Part shown: positions 1-12,272 of the stretch, piece after piece
How the letters are laid out: each line of letters begins with the position of its first letter
How positions within the stretch are numbered: position 1 is the first letter of the stretch
Source of the DNA: Lama glama
Taxonomy: Eukaryota
DNA length: 64,000 nt
NCBI GenBank assembly: GCA_028534125.1
Contig: CM052817.1
Location: 83,082,001 to 83,146,000, forward strand
Direction of reading: 5' to 3'
The notes under the pieces: generated by a model
Told to the model about the DNA's origin: nothing
What the model saw: only the letters and a program-made list of their open reading frames with translations
The model's database searches: none
Program-made: the position numbers and the translations under genes

Positions 1-1157
1 ACATTTTACATTCCATAATGAACATAATTTAATAAAATCAGTAGTATGCTCTTAAAAATCAATATGCTATTAATATGAAGAATACTCAATAAATCAGAGT
101 TAGTCTAGCATAACATAACTACACTGTTCACACCTGGATTTGAAACAACCTCACTCACTTGAACTATCGCTTATTGCTTAAGGACATTTGAGTCGTTAAA
201 AGCTAAATGTTATGAGCTAAAGCCATTTTCTCTTTTACACCATATAGCAGACTTTTGCTTTTGCTGTTTCCTACTCCCAGACAGTAGATTTAAGAGGTGA
301 CTTTAGATAACTACAGAACTAAAACTGATTTCATGAATGCTTTCTGATCAATTCTCTTTCTTGAACCTCATGAACCTCTAAGAACTTTCCTAACTTTACA
401 TTCCCTCAAATACACATTTACCATATCACTTAAATTCATCACTGTATTCCTGACATATATATTAATCTGGGAAGAAAGGAACAATGAGGATATTTCAATG
501 ACACTGAAAAAAATGTAAGTTACCAATCATAAGAAAAGAAACTATTAAAACAAATGATTTGGTTTCCTAAAATGTGTTCAAAATTCTCCTGAGAACTCCA
601 GACAGACTAATAAAATAATTGCTTTAATTTTCCAATTGAAGAGAATATTTTTATTTGTAAATACCTCTACCTCATTCAGGCTTTTGTTTCCACCTAAATT
701 CAACTTGATGGTTCCTGTCCCATCAAATACAGTGCGAATCTGCACTGCTTTGAGAAAAATAATGACGTCTTACAGTCCAATCTTCCATTTCAGAGCAACC
801 ATCATAAAAAGCTCCTAATACCATCAATGTAATTTAAAACTATATAAACGTCAGTGTATGTAATGAATGGCTAATACTACTAATGGCTTTAGTAGTTAAC
901 CCAAAAAGGCATTGCCCCCTACTTTTAAAAAGACATAAAGATAGAATCTACTATGCTAAGCCAAAACATGTAATCATGAGTGATGTTTGCCATCTCAGGG
1001 ATGTAATTAGACTCCTTTAGAGACTGAACAAAGGCTTAAAACTACCACCTGAAATAATTACTCTAAAGGTCAAAGAAATTAAAAACACTCAAAAATCCTA
1101 TTTGGGTTAGACCTTTATGAGACCAGTTTAATGTGCAATTTCATTGAAATAAGGGGA

Positions 1158-1609
1158 AGTATTAGTCCAAGTCCTCCTAGAGAGCAGATCCAAGATGGGA
1201 TTAAACATGTAAGGATTTTATTAAGGAAAATGTCTGTGTGCAGAGAAGGGGAGGGAGCAAGGGGAAGCTGGAAGAGGCACCAAGACCTGATACAAGCCTG
1301 ATTCCAAGTGAAGGGGAGACAAAAGGAAGGTTTGGTGGAAGCATCCTAGACTGCCCTGCAGATCAAGGAACCTTCAACAAGACTATCAGGGAGTCTGAGC
1401 CACAGTCACCCATAAGAGAAGTCCTGTGTCTGCAAGGAACAGGCCTGTCTTAGTGTCCCTCCATGCCGATACAGACTAGCAGGAGCCCATGGAGAGCAGG
1501 GCCTCTGTGAAAATACTTTCATAGATTTCAGAGCAGGGCACCTGGGGCTTTCTGTCAATTACACACCTGCAGTTGGAGTTCTGTTAGGTGCATTTTCATG
1601 GCTGCCAAA
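1158..1609 (-). mobile_element. ERVL solo LTR, LTR16E-like
   Basis: Colinear with the remembered reverse LTR16E consensus from (t)GTATTAGTCC..AGCAGA..CAAGATGGGATTAAA to GCATTTTCATGGCTGCCA; ~450 bp; minus-strand AATAAA near 1217. Confidence 0.8.
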
Positions 1610-2448
1610 GTGGAGACATAACCAATATTCTACTCAATATCTGACTTGTACCTACATTTTAACCTCACAAGTGTTTTATGTCTTTTTTAATTAGACTGAT
1701 ACTGTTAACGAGAATGATCACTGAAACAGCAACAGACTATGCATGTCAGGCATACAAATGTAATGAAGATTTTAATCAGGAGTTCAAACTGGCACCCCAG
1801 TCTTATTTCTGCCCAAATACATAACTTTGGTCCTGGTTTAAAATAAGTTACTCTTTTTTTGTTTTTACTCAGTTACAAAGAGTTTCTTCAACCCTCTTTC
1901 AGATTACAAATTTATATATCAGTATGTTTTAGTATAGAGTCTTTGGATCTACTTTGTTCATTGTCTCATTTAAATTTCTATCTAAAAAATTTTTCCCACT
2001 TCATTTTTCCTAAATAATCTTAAAACTTATCCATGTGCTGAATTGTTATTAGAAATATTTAGCAATACATCCTTCACCATCCTGAAGTTCAATGTAATTT
2101 CTTTGCCATTTTCAAAGTAAAGTAATAGATAATATCAACTATTTACACATATAATTTTAAGTTGTAATATACAGACAGAAATAAAAGTATTTCTAATAAA
2201 TAAGTATATCAACATAAAATGTTGTGAATAACTATCCTAAACCAAACCATGAAGTAGTTAAATGCTTACACCTACTTAAAATGACTAATTTTAAAAGTAA
2301 GAAAAGAAGAAAAGCCATTCTGTACAAAAAGTTTGGGAAATTAGAGTACTGATATAAACAGTAGAATAAAACTCATGTAAAGATAAATTACATAATCACT
2401 TTCATTTGTACATGATCAGAGGAAAAAACACGGAGCAAGACAGAAGTA

Positions 2449-3504
2449 ACATTTGGGTCTTTAATCCATTTTGAGTTTATTAAATGTTCTAACCTTATTC
2501 TTTTACACGTACTTGTCTTGTTTTCCAAGCACAACTTATTGAAGAGACTGTCTTTTCTCTATTGCATATTCTTGCCTCCTTTGTTGTAGATTCAATGACC
2601 AACAATTGAGTGTGTGGGTTTCCTTCTGGGCTCTCTATTCTATTCCACTGATCTATGTGCTAGTATCATACTGTACTGATGACGTTAGCTGTGTAGTTTA
2701 GTCTGAAGTCAGGGAGCATGATATCTGCAGCTTTGTTCTTTTTTCTCAACATTGTTGTGGCTATTCAAGTACTCTTGTGCTTTCATGTATTTTAGGATTA
2801 TCTAGTTCTATCACAAATGTTATGGGTATTTTTTTAGGAATTGCATTAAATCTGTAGATTGCTTTGGGCAGTATGGACATTTTAGCAATATTAATTCTTC
2901 CAATCCATGAATATAGGATAATTTCAATTTGTTTGTATCATCCATCTTCTGTTCCCTTCATCAATGCCTTAACAGTTTTCAATAGCTTTTGCCTCTTGGG
3001 TTAGATTTAGTCTTAGGTATTTTATTCTTTTTGATGTGACTTTAAACAGGATTTCAATCTGCTTCCTCTACCTTACTCCAAGGAATAAGCAAGCATGTGC
3101 ACACTCTCCATGAGTGGGGCTCAGTGTCTTACAGTCCTCTTGTAAGTCCCACTGTTTTCAGTCCAGTTAAGTGGACTCATCTACCCAGTATCAGACTCCA
3201 GGATTAGGGTGCTCAATATGCAATCTGAACACTTCATTACCCAGGGAAGATATCCAAGCCTGTGATACTCCCTTCGTCTTCTGTGTCCTGTCCTAGAGGT
3301 GTGGGTCCTGACCCAATCACTTCTCTTCCCTTCCTACATGACTCCATGTGGATCTTTATTTATAGCCTTGATTGTAGAAGACTCTGCTTCTCTCCAATTT
3401 GTTTTCCGTGAAAATTGCTCCACATGTAGATTTATTTCCGATATGTTTGTGGGGGTAGATGAGCTCAGTACCTTCCTACTCTGACATCTTGATCTCCTCC
3501 TCCC
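2449..3504 (-). mobile_element. L1 relic: 5'UTR start joined directly to an ORF2 fragment
   Basis: 3504-~3055 reads GGAGGAGATCAAGATGTCAGAGTAGGAAG on minus (an L1 5' end). ~3055-2449 is ORF2, translating IPFKVTSKRIKYLRLNLTQE (consensus IPFTIASKRIKYLGINLTKE). Confidence 0.85.
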
Positions 3505-4459
3505 AGATTTTTAGAATTTTAAACAATTTACTTTGGAGAGCCACCTACTATGTGCAGAATGAGATTGTTACACAATAGATTAAATAATCTATCAAATGGT
3601 CAATCATATTTCAATAAAATTAAAAATAACAGTCATTAATTTGTTGAGTCTTTCACTTACATTCCTTAGGTCAAGAGGTTTCACAGCATAAGGCGATGAA
3701 TTCCTAAAACATCTGGTGCTAGTGTTCTAAATGTACTGAAAACATATATAGTAAGCAATCACACTTTGTGCTATGCTTCTGGTGTAAGCAATGGCATTGG
3801 AAAAATTTTTTTCTGTGAAATAACTTTTAAATATTTTATATATTAATAAGACTTTAATGTCATCATCAATAATTTCGAAAACACATTTACTCTATTACTA
3901 TTTCATTGCTTATGAACATCTTATATGCCAAAAACAAAACTTCATTATCAGGGTGAAAATTTACTTGACTACAGTTCATTCCATAGATATATTTCAATAT
4001 TTTTCACCATCTTGACAATATTAGTCAAACACCACGCATAAATGAAATAGACAAGATTATTGTATTTGGATCTCTGTCATTCAATAGAAAAGTGATTTTC
4101 CATTTATATTATATCAATTACAGCATTTTGCAATTCTTCAGGCTATCCCATATAAGACATCGTGTTTATCCTTCTATTTAGAAGATTTTTAAACACTCCA
4201 AGGAATAACCTTAGCCTTCTGATGAATCAAATATCTTACACATATTCCAAGATTATTAGCATGATTCCTTCTAAAACATTGACTTAATTTTGGCTATTTC
4301 ACTGCTTTATTGGGAAAACCATGTATTGGCATGGTAAGCATGTTGATAATTGTTCAGTTGTGGGAAAAGTTAAAAAATCCATTATCAATATTCAACTGAA
4401 ATACTATCAATACTTCTCTATATCTGACGTTTTAAAATAATGACTAAATGGAAACATAT

Positions 4460-6375
4460 GGTCCAAGATGGCAACACAGGAAGATCCTGAACTCATCTGC
4501 TCCCATGGACCCACCAAATCTACAGCTACATACGGAGCAATTCTCTCTGAAAAAGGCCTGAAAACTAGATGAACTCCTCCTTCAAATCAAATGAGAGAAG
4601 GCCACAACGAGGTGGGCAGGAGAGTCTGAGATGCAGTCTTGCGATCAACCCCACCTCGGGTGCAGCAGCCTACAATAAGGAGGAGAATCACAAACCGGAG
4701 CTTCTCCCTGAGGAACAAAGGGTTCATTCTCCACATCAGTCAACCTAACTCCTAAGACCTACACATGAAGAGATGAGCCCCCAAAACATCTGGTTTTGAA
4801 AACCAATGGGGCTCACATCGACAAGACCCAAAGGTCTCTAACAGGCTGCGAATCTGCTCTTAAAGAGCCTGCGTGGAGAACCACTCACCCCAGGGCTCCG
4901 TGCAGAAGCAGCAGTTTGAAAAGCACTTAGACTATGTACGGAAGAGTTTTATTTGCTAACCTTAAAGTGTCCACCAGTGGGGCACAGGCTTATTGGGATC
5001 CTCTCCAGGGAGTGAGGCACTGGCAGTACCATTTTCACACTGTCCCTCTATCTGACTAAAGTCGGTAGGCACAACATTTTTTCCCTTGGCATCTTTAACC
5101 CCAACCAGCAGCACCATCTTGGTGTACTCCTTAGCCTTGCTGAAGCCAGACGACAATCATCTCTTTTTTCTTTTCTCCTTTTTTTCTTTTTTCCATGAGG
5201 TGTGCCATCTCCTAACTCTCCTTCTGCCATACCCCACAGAAAGAGCATCTTCTGCAGGGGATCTTTTATACATGTCTGCTGCCTCAGTTTTCGCAACTGC
5301 AGTGCAGAGGATCCCCTTTTTGGGTGCCTGGTTCTGAAGTCCAAGGGATGCTTCTGTTCCTGGGTCCCACAGACTGTAACATTTGGAAGAGTTTTTCATC
5401 AGACTACCATGTCTATGGCACTGCACAGATAGCAGACTGAAGCATACCCCCAGTCTTTCTGAGAAAGAGGCCAATTTGTATGTCCAGAACCTTTAGCCTG
5501 AGGGGCAGGCTTCTGATACAGCACAACCCTAGAGGCCCGCAGAGGTGCTCTCCAGAAACAGAGGCTGGTAGACACAATCTTTGCACTCTGTCTCAGCCTC
5601 ACTCCAGCTTGCCAGTAAATCCCCAAAAGAGGCTTATAGGCTTGTCTGGCACCCCGATTTCTGCAGTTGCTGGCAGGGGACACCTCTACCTCACCTGGCT
5701 CTGGAGGTCAGTGGGGCTCATGCTTGCAGGCCCCACAGGAATATAACCAATGGAGAAATAGTACTTAAACAGCCACCACCCTCAGGGCACAACAAGATGC
5801 AGCAGCCCCAGGGTTCAGTCTTCCTGTGACAGAGGCCTTTAGGCTTATCATCACAATTGAAGCTTAAGGGCTAGGCTTTTAATGAAATATATCTTTATGA
5901 GTTGAGTGTAAACTTTTCAAGTGACCTCAGAAGGTAGATATTATCTTCACTTTTTCACTCTGCAGCACTCCCGAGAGCCCTATCTCTCGTAGGGGAGCTC
6001 TCACACATAACTGGTACCCTGGCTTTTATGTCTGGTGACCCAGTTTTTGCAGCTGCCGCACAGGGGAAAACCCTTGATTACCTAACTCTGGTAACCAGGG
6101 AGGCCTACGTTCCTGGGCCCCACAGGACTATGACAATTAGAGCAAGTTCTTGGCAGGCTATCACTCCCTGGGTACTGCACAGACAGCAGACTGCAACAAA
6201 CCCCCAATATTTCTGTGAAAGAGGACTATTTACCTGTTGGAGCTTTGGCCTAAGGGGTAGGCATCAGGCTTTCCATACATTTAGAGGCCTACAGAAGTGC
6301 TCTCAGGAAACATACATCTGAGATGACTTATTTTTCAACTCTTTCTGCCTCACAATAGCTCCCCAGTATCTCCTA
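4460..6375 (+). mobile_element. L1 5'UTR (L1M2/L1MA-age) with internal degenerate repeats
   Basis: Starts CAAGATGGCAACACAGGAAGATCCTGAACTCA (YY1 motif, typical L1 5' start); higher GC; three related ~350 bp units. Confidence 0.8.
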
Positions 6376-6394
6376 GAAAAAAAAATTTCATTTT

Positions 6395-6825
6395 TAATAA
6401 AAAATTAAAAATAGAACCACCCTGTGATCCAGCAGGAATTCCATTCCTGGGTATTCATCTGAAGAAAACGAAGATACTAATTAGAAAAGATATACGCACC
6501 CCTATGTTCACTGCAGCATTATTTACAACAGCTAAGATATGGAAGCATCCTAAGTGCCCATCAATAGATGAACAGTTTGCTAAATAAAATAAGTCAGAGA
6601 AAGACAAATACCATATGATTTCACTTATACATGGAATCTTAAAACAAAGGAAGTAAAAATAACAAAGCAGAATCAGAGTTACAGATACAAAGAACACACA
6701 GGTAGTTGTCAAAGGGGAGGGTGTTGGAAAGAGGAAAGAAATAGGTAAGAGAAGTTGAGAAGTACAAACATCCAGTTGCAAAATAAGTAAGTCACAGGTA
6801 TGAAATGTACAATATGGGAAATTTA
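6395..6825 (+). mobile_element. L1 ORF2 end / 3'UTR fragment (L1MA9-like)
   Basis: AAATAGAACCACCCTGTGATCCAGCA..CCCTATGTTCACTGCAGCATTATTTACAA..GACAAATACCATATGATTTCACTTATA are classic L1 3' sequences; has an internal deletion. Confidence 0.85.
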
Positions 6826-6829
6826 ATTT

Positions 6830-7946
6830 TAAAAAGAAGAAAATATTAGAAAGTACCAAACAGATATCTTGTTGCTGAAGAACGCAATAACCGAACTGAG
6901 AAATACAGTTCATGTGTTCACCAGCATACCAGATGAAGAAGAAAAAGGGATCAGTGATCTCAGAGACAGGGCACTGAATTCACTCAATCAGAGTATCAAA
7001 AAAGAAAAAAAGAGTTTTAAAAAGTCAAAATAGCTTAAGGGATTTACAAGACAACATCAAGCTGACTTACACTTGCATTATAGGGCTCCGAGCAAAAGAA
7101 GAAAGAGAGAAAGGCACAATAGCCAAGATACGTAAACAGGTAAACAGCCTACCTGCCCACTTACAGATGAATGAATAAAGAAAATGTGGTACAAGTATGC
7201 CCACTTTTCTAAAGTTTGCTTTCACCACTTCACTTTTACTAAAGACCTATGTTAGTATTTGTTTTCATTAATGAAAAGAGATACAAAAAGGATTTTTAAT
7301 TTTATGAAAAAATGTAATTGCTTCTTCACTTTATACCATTTCCACTTATGAGATGTTTAATAGGAGCATTCTACTTTCAGATATTGGGGAAATTTGAAAG
7401 TATATACAATGGAATATTACATGACCATAAAAAGGAATGTGATCCTGACATTTGCAACAATATGAATGGATCTTGAGGGCATTATGCTAAGTGAAATAAA
7501 TCACACAGAGAAAAAGAAATCCCTTATGAACTGACTTACATGAGGGATCTAAAAAACTAAACAAGCAAAGAAAAAAACCAAGGTCATAGACATAGAAAAC
7601 ATATTTGCAGTTACCAGAGGTGAGGGGGTTGGTGAATGGGAAAAATGGGTATAAAGGATCAAAAGGTAAAAACTTTCAGTTCTAAATAAGTAAACTATGG
7701 GATGTACTATACAGTACAATAACTATAGTTAATAATACTGTATTACATATGTGAAAGTTGCTGAGAGATTAAAAGTCTTCATCACAAGAAGAAAAAGAAG
7801 TAAAAAATCTGTAACTATGTTTGGTGATATATGGTAACAGACTTATCACGGTGACCATTTCACAATGTATACAAATATGGAATCATTATGTTGTATACCT
7901 GAAACTAATATAATGTTATACGTTGATTATACTTAAATAAAAATAA
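6830..7946 (+). mobile_element. L1 ORF1 fragment fused to L1 3' end, interrupted by a Tigger MITE
   Basis: 6830-7115 resembles ORF1 (..GGATCAGTGATCTCAGAGACAGG..GAAGAAAGAGAGAAAGG). 7116-7946 is ORF2 end plus 3'UTR ending TGTATACCTGAAACTAATATAATGTTATA..AATAAAAA. Confidence 0.85.
7192..7396. mobile_element. Tc1/mariner Tigger-type MITE (laurasiatherian, Tigger2a-like), internally deleted
   Basis: Begins TA|CAAGTATGCCCACTTTTCTAAAG and ends CTTTCAGATATTGGGGAAATTTG (degenerate TIRs); splits the L1 phrase AAAATGTGGTA|TATATACAATGGAATATTAC. Confidence 0.7.
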
Positions 7947-8369
7947 TGGGTGAACTATGAACAAACACATACATAGATATGGTATCTTAAATTCAATACC
8001 ATAAATGGTGATGTGACCTCTAGTATAGTGAATTTAAGTTTGGGATAATTCCATATGGACAGATACTATACATATGTATTTTATACCCATTTTTTCAAAT
8101 ATGATTTTTATCTTTTCAATTTGCAAGAGTCATTGGCATATTAAAAATACTGACCATCAAATTATTAAAGAAAATGTATTTTTCCCAGACAATAATTTGC
8201 ATTTTGACTTTGACATTCAATTTTTTGTTCTTCATTCCCACATATATTTATCTTTTTTTAGTTTCCTATCTTGTTTAGAAAAATTCTGTCTATACTGGGC
8301 TAACAGTTATACAATTTATTGTTTATTATTATGTTTTTGTCTTTGATCTTCTGAAACCCCAGCTTTGTT

Positions 8370-8940
8370 AGTGTTTGCCAGATACATAACCAACTATGTC
8401 AGCATCTCTCATTAAATAACATTTTTTTCCATAAAATGTATTATAATTTTCCCATTATTTTAAATCTACTAATGCCTTTGATTTTATGCCTAAATTCCTA
8501 TTGCATTAAACTAATCTGCTTTTATATTCCTGTGCCAATGCCATGCTGTTTTGATTACAATGATTTAGTAGTAAGTTTCAGTATTAGCAAGGCAAGTTTC
8601 CACTTAATATTCTTCTTTTTCATACACTTCCTGAATATTCTAGGACATTCTTTCATGTAACTTTGTAAATAGTTTCATCTAATTGTTGAAACCATAGCTA
8701 TTCTGCCCAAAAATGCATTAAACATAATAAACTAATATAAAGCAATTGCTATTTTTATATTATTTTCCCACCAAATACCATCAGCATCTCTCAACTTGTT
8801 TGTTTTTTGTTTAATGTCCTAAATAATGTATAAACATATAACATAATTAATAAATAGTGAACATTTTGTAACTACCACTTAGGTCAAGAAATAGTACATT
8901 ACTATCACCCAAAAGTCCCTCAACCAATGTGTTTCTTTCC
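8370..8940 (-). mobile_element. Old L1ME-type fragments
   Basis: CTGTGCCAATGCCATGCTGTTTTGATTAC and TGTAACTACCACTTAGGTCAAGAAATAG match antisense L1ME ORF2/3' sequence. Confidence 0.65.
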
Positions 8941-9357
8941 CAGATACATTGTAGAAAGCAAGTCTCCTAGGTTTTATCAACATGCCCCACTTCCTCACCA
9001 GCACACATGGCTGCCAATATTTTATTGACCTGAGAGGAAGGTTGAAGGGAATAGAAACAAGTGATACAGCTTCCTTTAACCCCCTACTAAACTTTTTCTT
9101 TTAATGAACATTTAGAAAAGAAAGCTTAAATGAAAAGAAAGCTTAAATGAACTATTGCTAAAGCAATACAAGTTTATCTTTCGGCTGTGAGACAGTATTA
9201 ATTTTATTAAATTAAATATTCCTAAAGCACTTTATACTTGCCTTTTAGCTTTCAGATAATTATTCATTTTATTTATTTTAATAATGATCCTTTAATAGAG
9301 TCCCACACGATGTAAAAAATATATTGTAAAAATATGTTTTTTAAAAATATGTTGGCA

Positions 9358-9536
9358 GAGAGGGTATAGGTCACTAGTTGAGCTCACACTCAGCAGACAC
9401 AAGATTCTTGGTTCAATCCCCAGTATGGCCATTATAAATAAATAAAAACCTAATTACCTCCTCCCCCCAAAAACAAACAAAAAAAGAATAAAAATATGAA
9501 AAAATCAATAAAACAGCTCAAAAAAATGTATCCTAA
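9358..9536 (+). mobile_element. Camelid Vic-1-type tRNA-derived SINE
   Basis: GAGGGTATAG..GGTTCAATCCCCAGTA..AAATAAATAAAAACCTAATTACCTCCTCCCCCC plus A-rich tail; B-box-like GGTTCAATCCC; 15-bp TSD at 9343-9357 and 9537-9551. Confidence 0.85.
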
Positions 9537-10889
9537 AAAAATATGTCAGCATTCTTATACATAGGAACTGATACTAAAAACTTAAAATACTATCCAAATA
9601 ATTGGGTCAAACAGGTAAAAAAAATCAGTTAAAAATATAGACAGCTGATTAAAATATATTTTTCTGGAGTAATTCTGGTAAATATCTCAATTATTCACTT
9701 CAGTTAACATGTGCTGATCCCAGCTAAATAATTTCAAAATACCTTAAGAGTTTCTTGAAACAAATGACATAAAATTGATTTTTTTGAATTGGCACATGAA
9801 TGGACCAATTTCTCTATGCCAACATAGAGCAACTTTACAAATTCTAAATAAATCATTTAAAATATAATGACCCCACTAGTCAAATATGTACAATAATCAT
9901 TATCACACAGGTAAGTACTACATTTAAATTAAAAAGAACCTCCAATCTCATGAAGGTACAAAATTGAAGAACATATATAACATTGTACCAAATACTCACA
10001 TATAATTTATAATATAATTTAGATAAATATTGTATAGTTTTTATTTTCAAGTCTTTTTGTGATTTAAATTTAACGTTGAGTCTCCCTACAGAAAATGAAA
10101 GGCAATTTATATTTGAAACAATTTTGTTATTTTGGTCTCTGTCTAAAAAATCAGTTTCTCCTCAATTGTGTGTGTGTATGTGAGAGAGAGATACAGTCAA
10201 AACAAATAGAGAATTATAATTAGAAAGGGAATTTGGGGTAGTGGCAGAGCCAGAATTTGGGGCCTCAATAACCTCAAAATGTCAATTAAAGGAAAAATTA
10301 AATAGAAATAAAGAAATATATAAGGTCAGCTAACACTTAGGAATCTTCAATATGAGAATGTGCTGGTAACAATCTCAGAACTGCAAAATCCCATTTAAAT
10401 TTAAGTAGGCAGATTGATTGATTTTCTAATGTTCTAATGTAAAGGACTAAAATAATAGGACATGAAAACGTGAACAAACAATGCCATCAATTTTATGTAG
10501 TTCTTTTATTGCATTTTTCTAGTCTGTTTGAATTGTTGTTGCTTCTTTCAGCTTCTCCTTTCAACTCTTCATGCCTTTTCTCACAGACACAAAAGGCACA
10601 AAAGCCAATTCCAGGATTTTCTCAAAGGGTGAGGGTGTTGGATAAGGCCTGACAGGTACACCTGGTGCAACCAGTCCCAGATGGCCCTGCCCTGAAGTAA
10701 AGTGAAACCATTCTATTTATTTAAAGCTGTATCCCCAGTAGGTGCCCAGATCTGACCCACAACAGGTGCTCTGTAAACTAAAAATAAATCATTGACACTG
10801 AATCTAATGTTCTAATTATATTTCAATTACAACAGTGTCAAAAAATCAGCATCACCTTGTAAATGCGAGGTGTAAACACAAGTGGCCAA

Positions 10890-11045
10890 TGAAATGTTCA
10901 GTGGTCAAGGACAACAGCAAGACCGACTGGGACATATTGGCTCCGCCACCCACTACTCATCTAACTCCCACAATTTACATAAACTTTCTTCTATGCCTCA
11001 ATTTCCTCATCAGTATTAAAGGTAGTATTAGTATCTGTATCATGA
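10890..11045 (+). mobile_element. MIR fragment
   Basis: GGCTCCGCCAC..CTCTATGCCTCAATTTCCTCATC (MIR core). Confidence 0.65.
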
Positions 11046-11539
11046 CCATTTTGTTTCAATTTAAAAAAATATCAGGGAAGTTTTTAATGCTTAAATCTAA
11101 CAATTACAAAGAATGACAGCAGGCATTTAATTGTGTCAGAATCAAAAGACAATTTTGTCATACTAGTCCCTGAGCCTAAGATATAGATATGATTTAAGAT
11201 ATATCAGGTAAGCGGCTTAACTTAACCTAGTAACACTATGTATATCAATGCCTTATTAGGATTATCAAGCAACCATCAAATTTCATAGTGAATGGAAGCA
11301 GGTATTTGAATAATCAAAGAACAAACAATTTTAGTTTCATCAAAAACTAGGAGAATTCCTTTCCACATGCCTTTTCACTAAAGAACTATTTAAAATGTAC
11401 TGAAATGAGAATGATTTTAAAGCAGGTTAGTTCAGTATGCTATGTATCAGGATAAAAAATAAGTATCAAAGTTTTACACGGAAACAGCAAAATTCATGCA
11501 CATATACATAAATAGATACATATTTCTATGTATGAAAGT

Positions 11540-12272
11540 TCTAACTGGTTATAATGCAATTATGACATTAATTACCTGGAAATTTAAGGTAAATTTCACA
11601 GGTTAAGGGCACAGTCCTTCACAAAACTCTCCTCACTTCAGATATCAGCTATAATCCCTGGGATCCACAGGATACCTACACTTCTGACCAACTGTCTACA
11701 AATTCAGGGGTTCCCATTACCTCCTCAGGATCAGCAATTGGCTGAGATAACTCACAGAACTCAAAAAAACATTATAATTTGATTACAGTTTTATTATTAC
11801 AAAATACAAATAAGAACCAGACAAATGAAGAAATACGTAGAGGGAGACCTGGGAGGTTCCCAAATGCAAAGCTTCTGTGTCCTCAGGATACAGTATCCTC
11901 CTGGCACACTGATGTGTATCACCAACAAGAAAGCTCATCCAAGCTTCAGATGACCAGCATTTAATTGGAATCTCATTGTGCAAGCATGATTAATTGAATC
12001 CTTGGCCATGTACTTCAACTCAATCTCCAGCTCCCCTCTCCTACCAAGGTCTGGAGCTCAGGCTGCTGTCACGTAGTTCAAAGCACCACTCCTCTTGTCA
12101 CATGGCTGGTCTTTTCAGCAGGGCCATACCCCATGCTGTGACTCTGTGGGGCCTACCATGAGTCACCTTGTTAACATAAACTCAGATGTGGTCCCAGGTA
12201 TCCACAACAAAGAGCTTTGGGGAATTCCAGGAACCAGGGACAAATGTCAGCCAAACAGTTTATTATACAACA
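11540..12272 (-). mobile_element. ERVL LTR, MER21C-like
   Basis: CACAGGTTAAGGGCACAGTCC..ACTTCTGACCAACTG..AAATTCAGGGGTTCCCA..CTCACAGAACTCA..CCAGGAACCAGGGACAAA..TTATTATACAACA match reverse MER21. Confidence 0.85.

Noticed and set aside
4962..6321. Cluster of overlapping 60-105 aa ORFs on both strands
   Set aside because: They lie inside the GC-richer L1 5'UTR, where stop codons are rarer; none resembles a known protein.
6455..6913. Longest ORF in the track (152 aa, minus)
   Set aside because: Antisense translation of an L1 3' end (DGHLGCFHILAVVNNAA is the typical L1-antisense artefact).
9358..9435. tRNA-like A/B boxes
   Set aside because: This is the decayed head of the SINE, not a tRNA gene.
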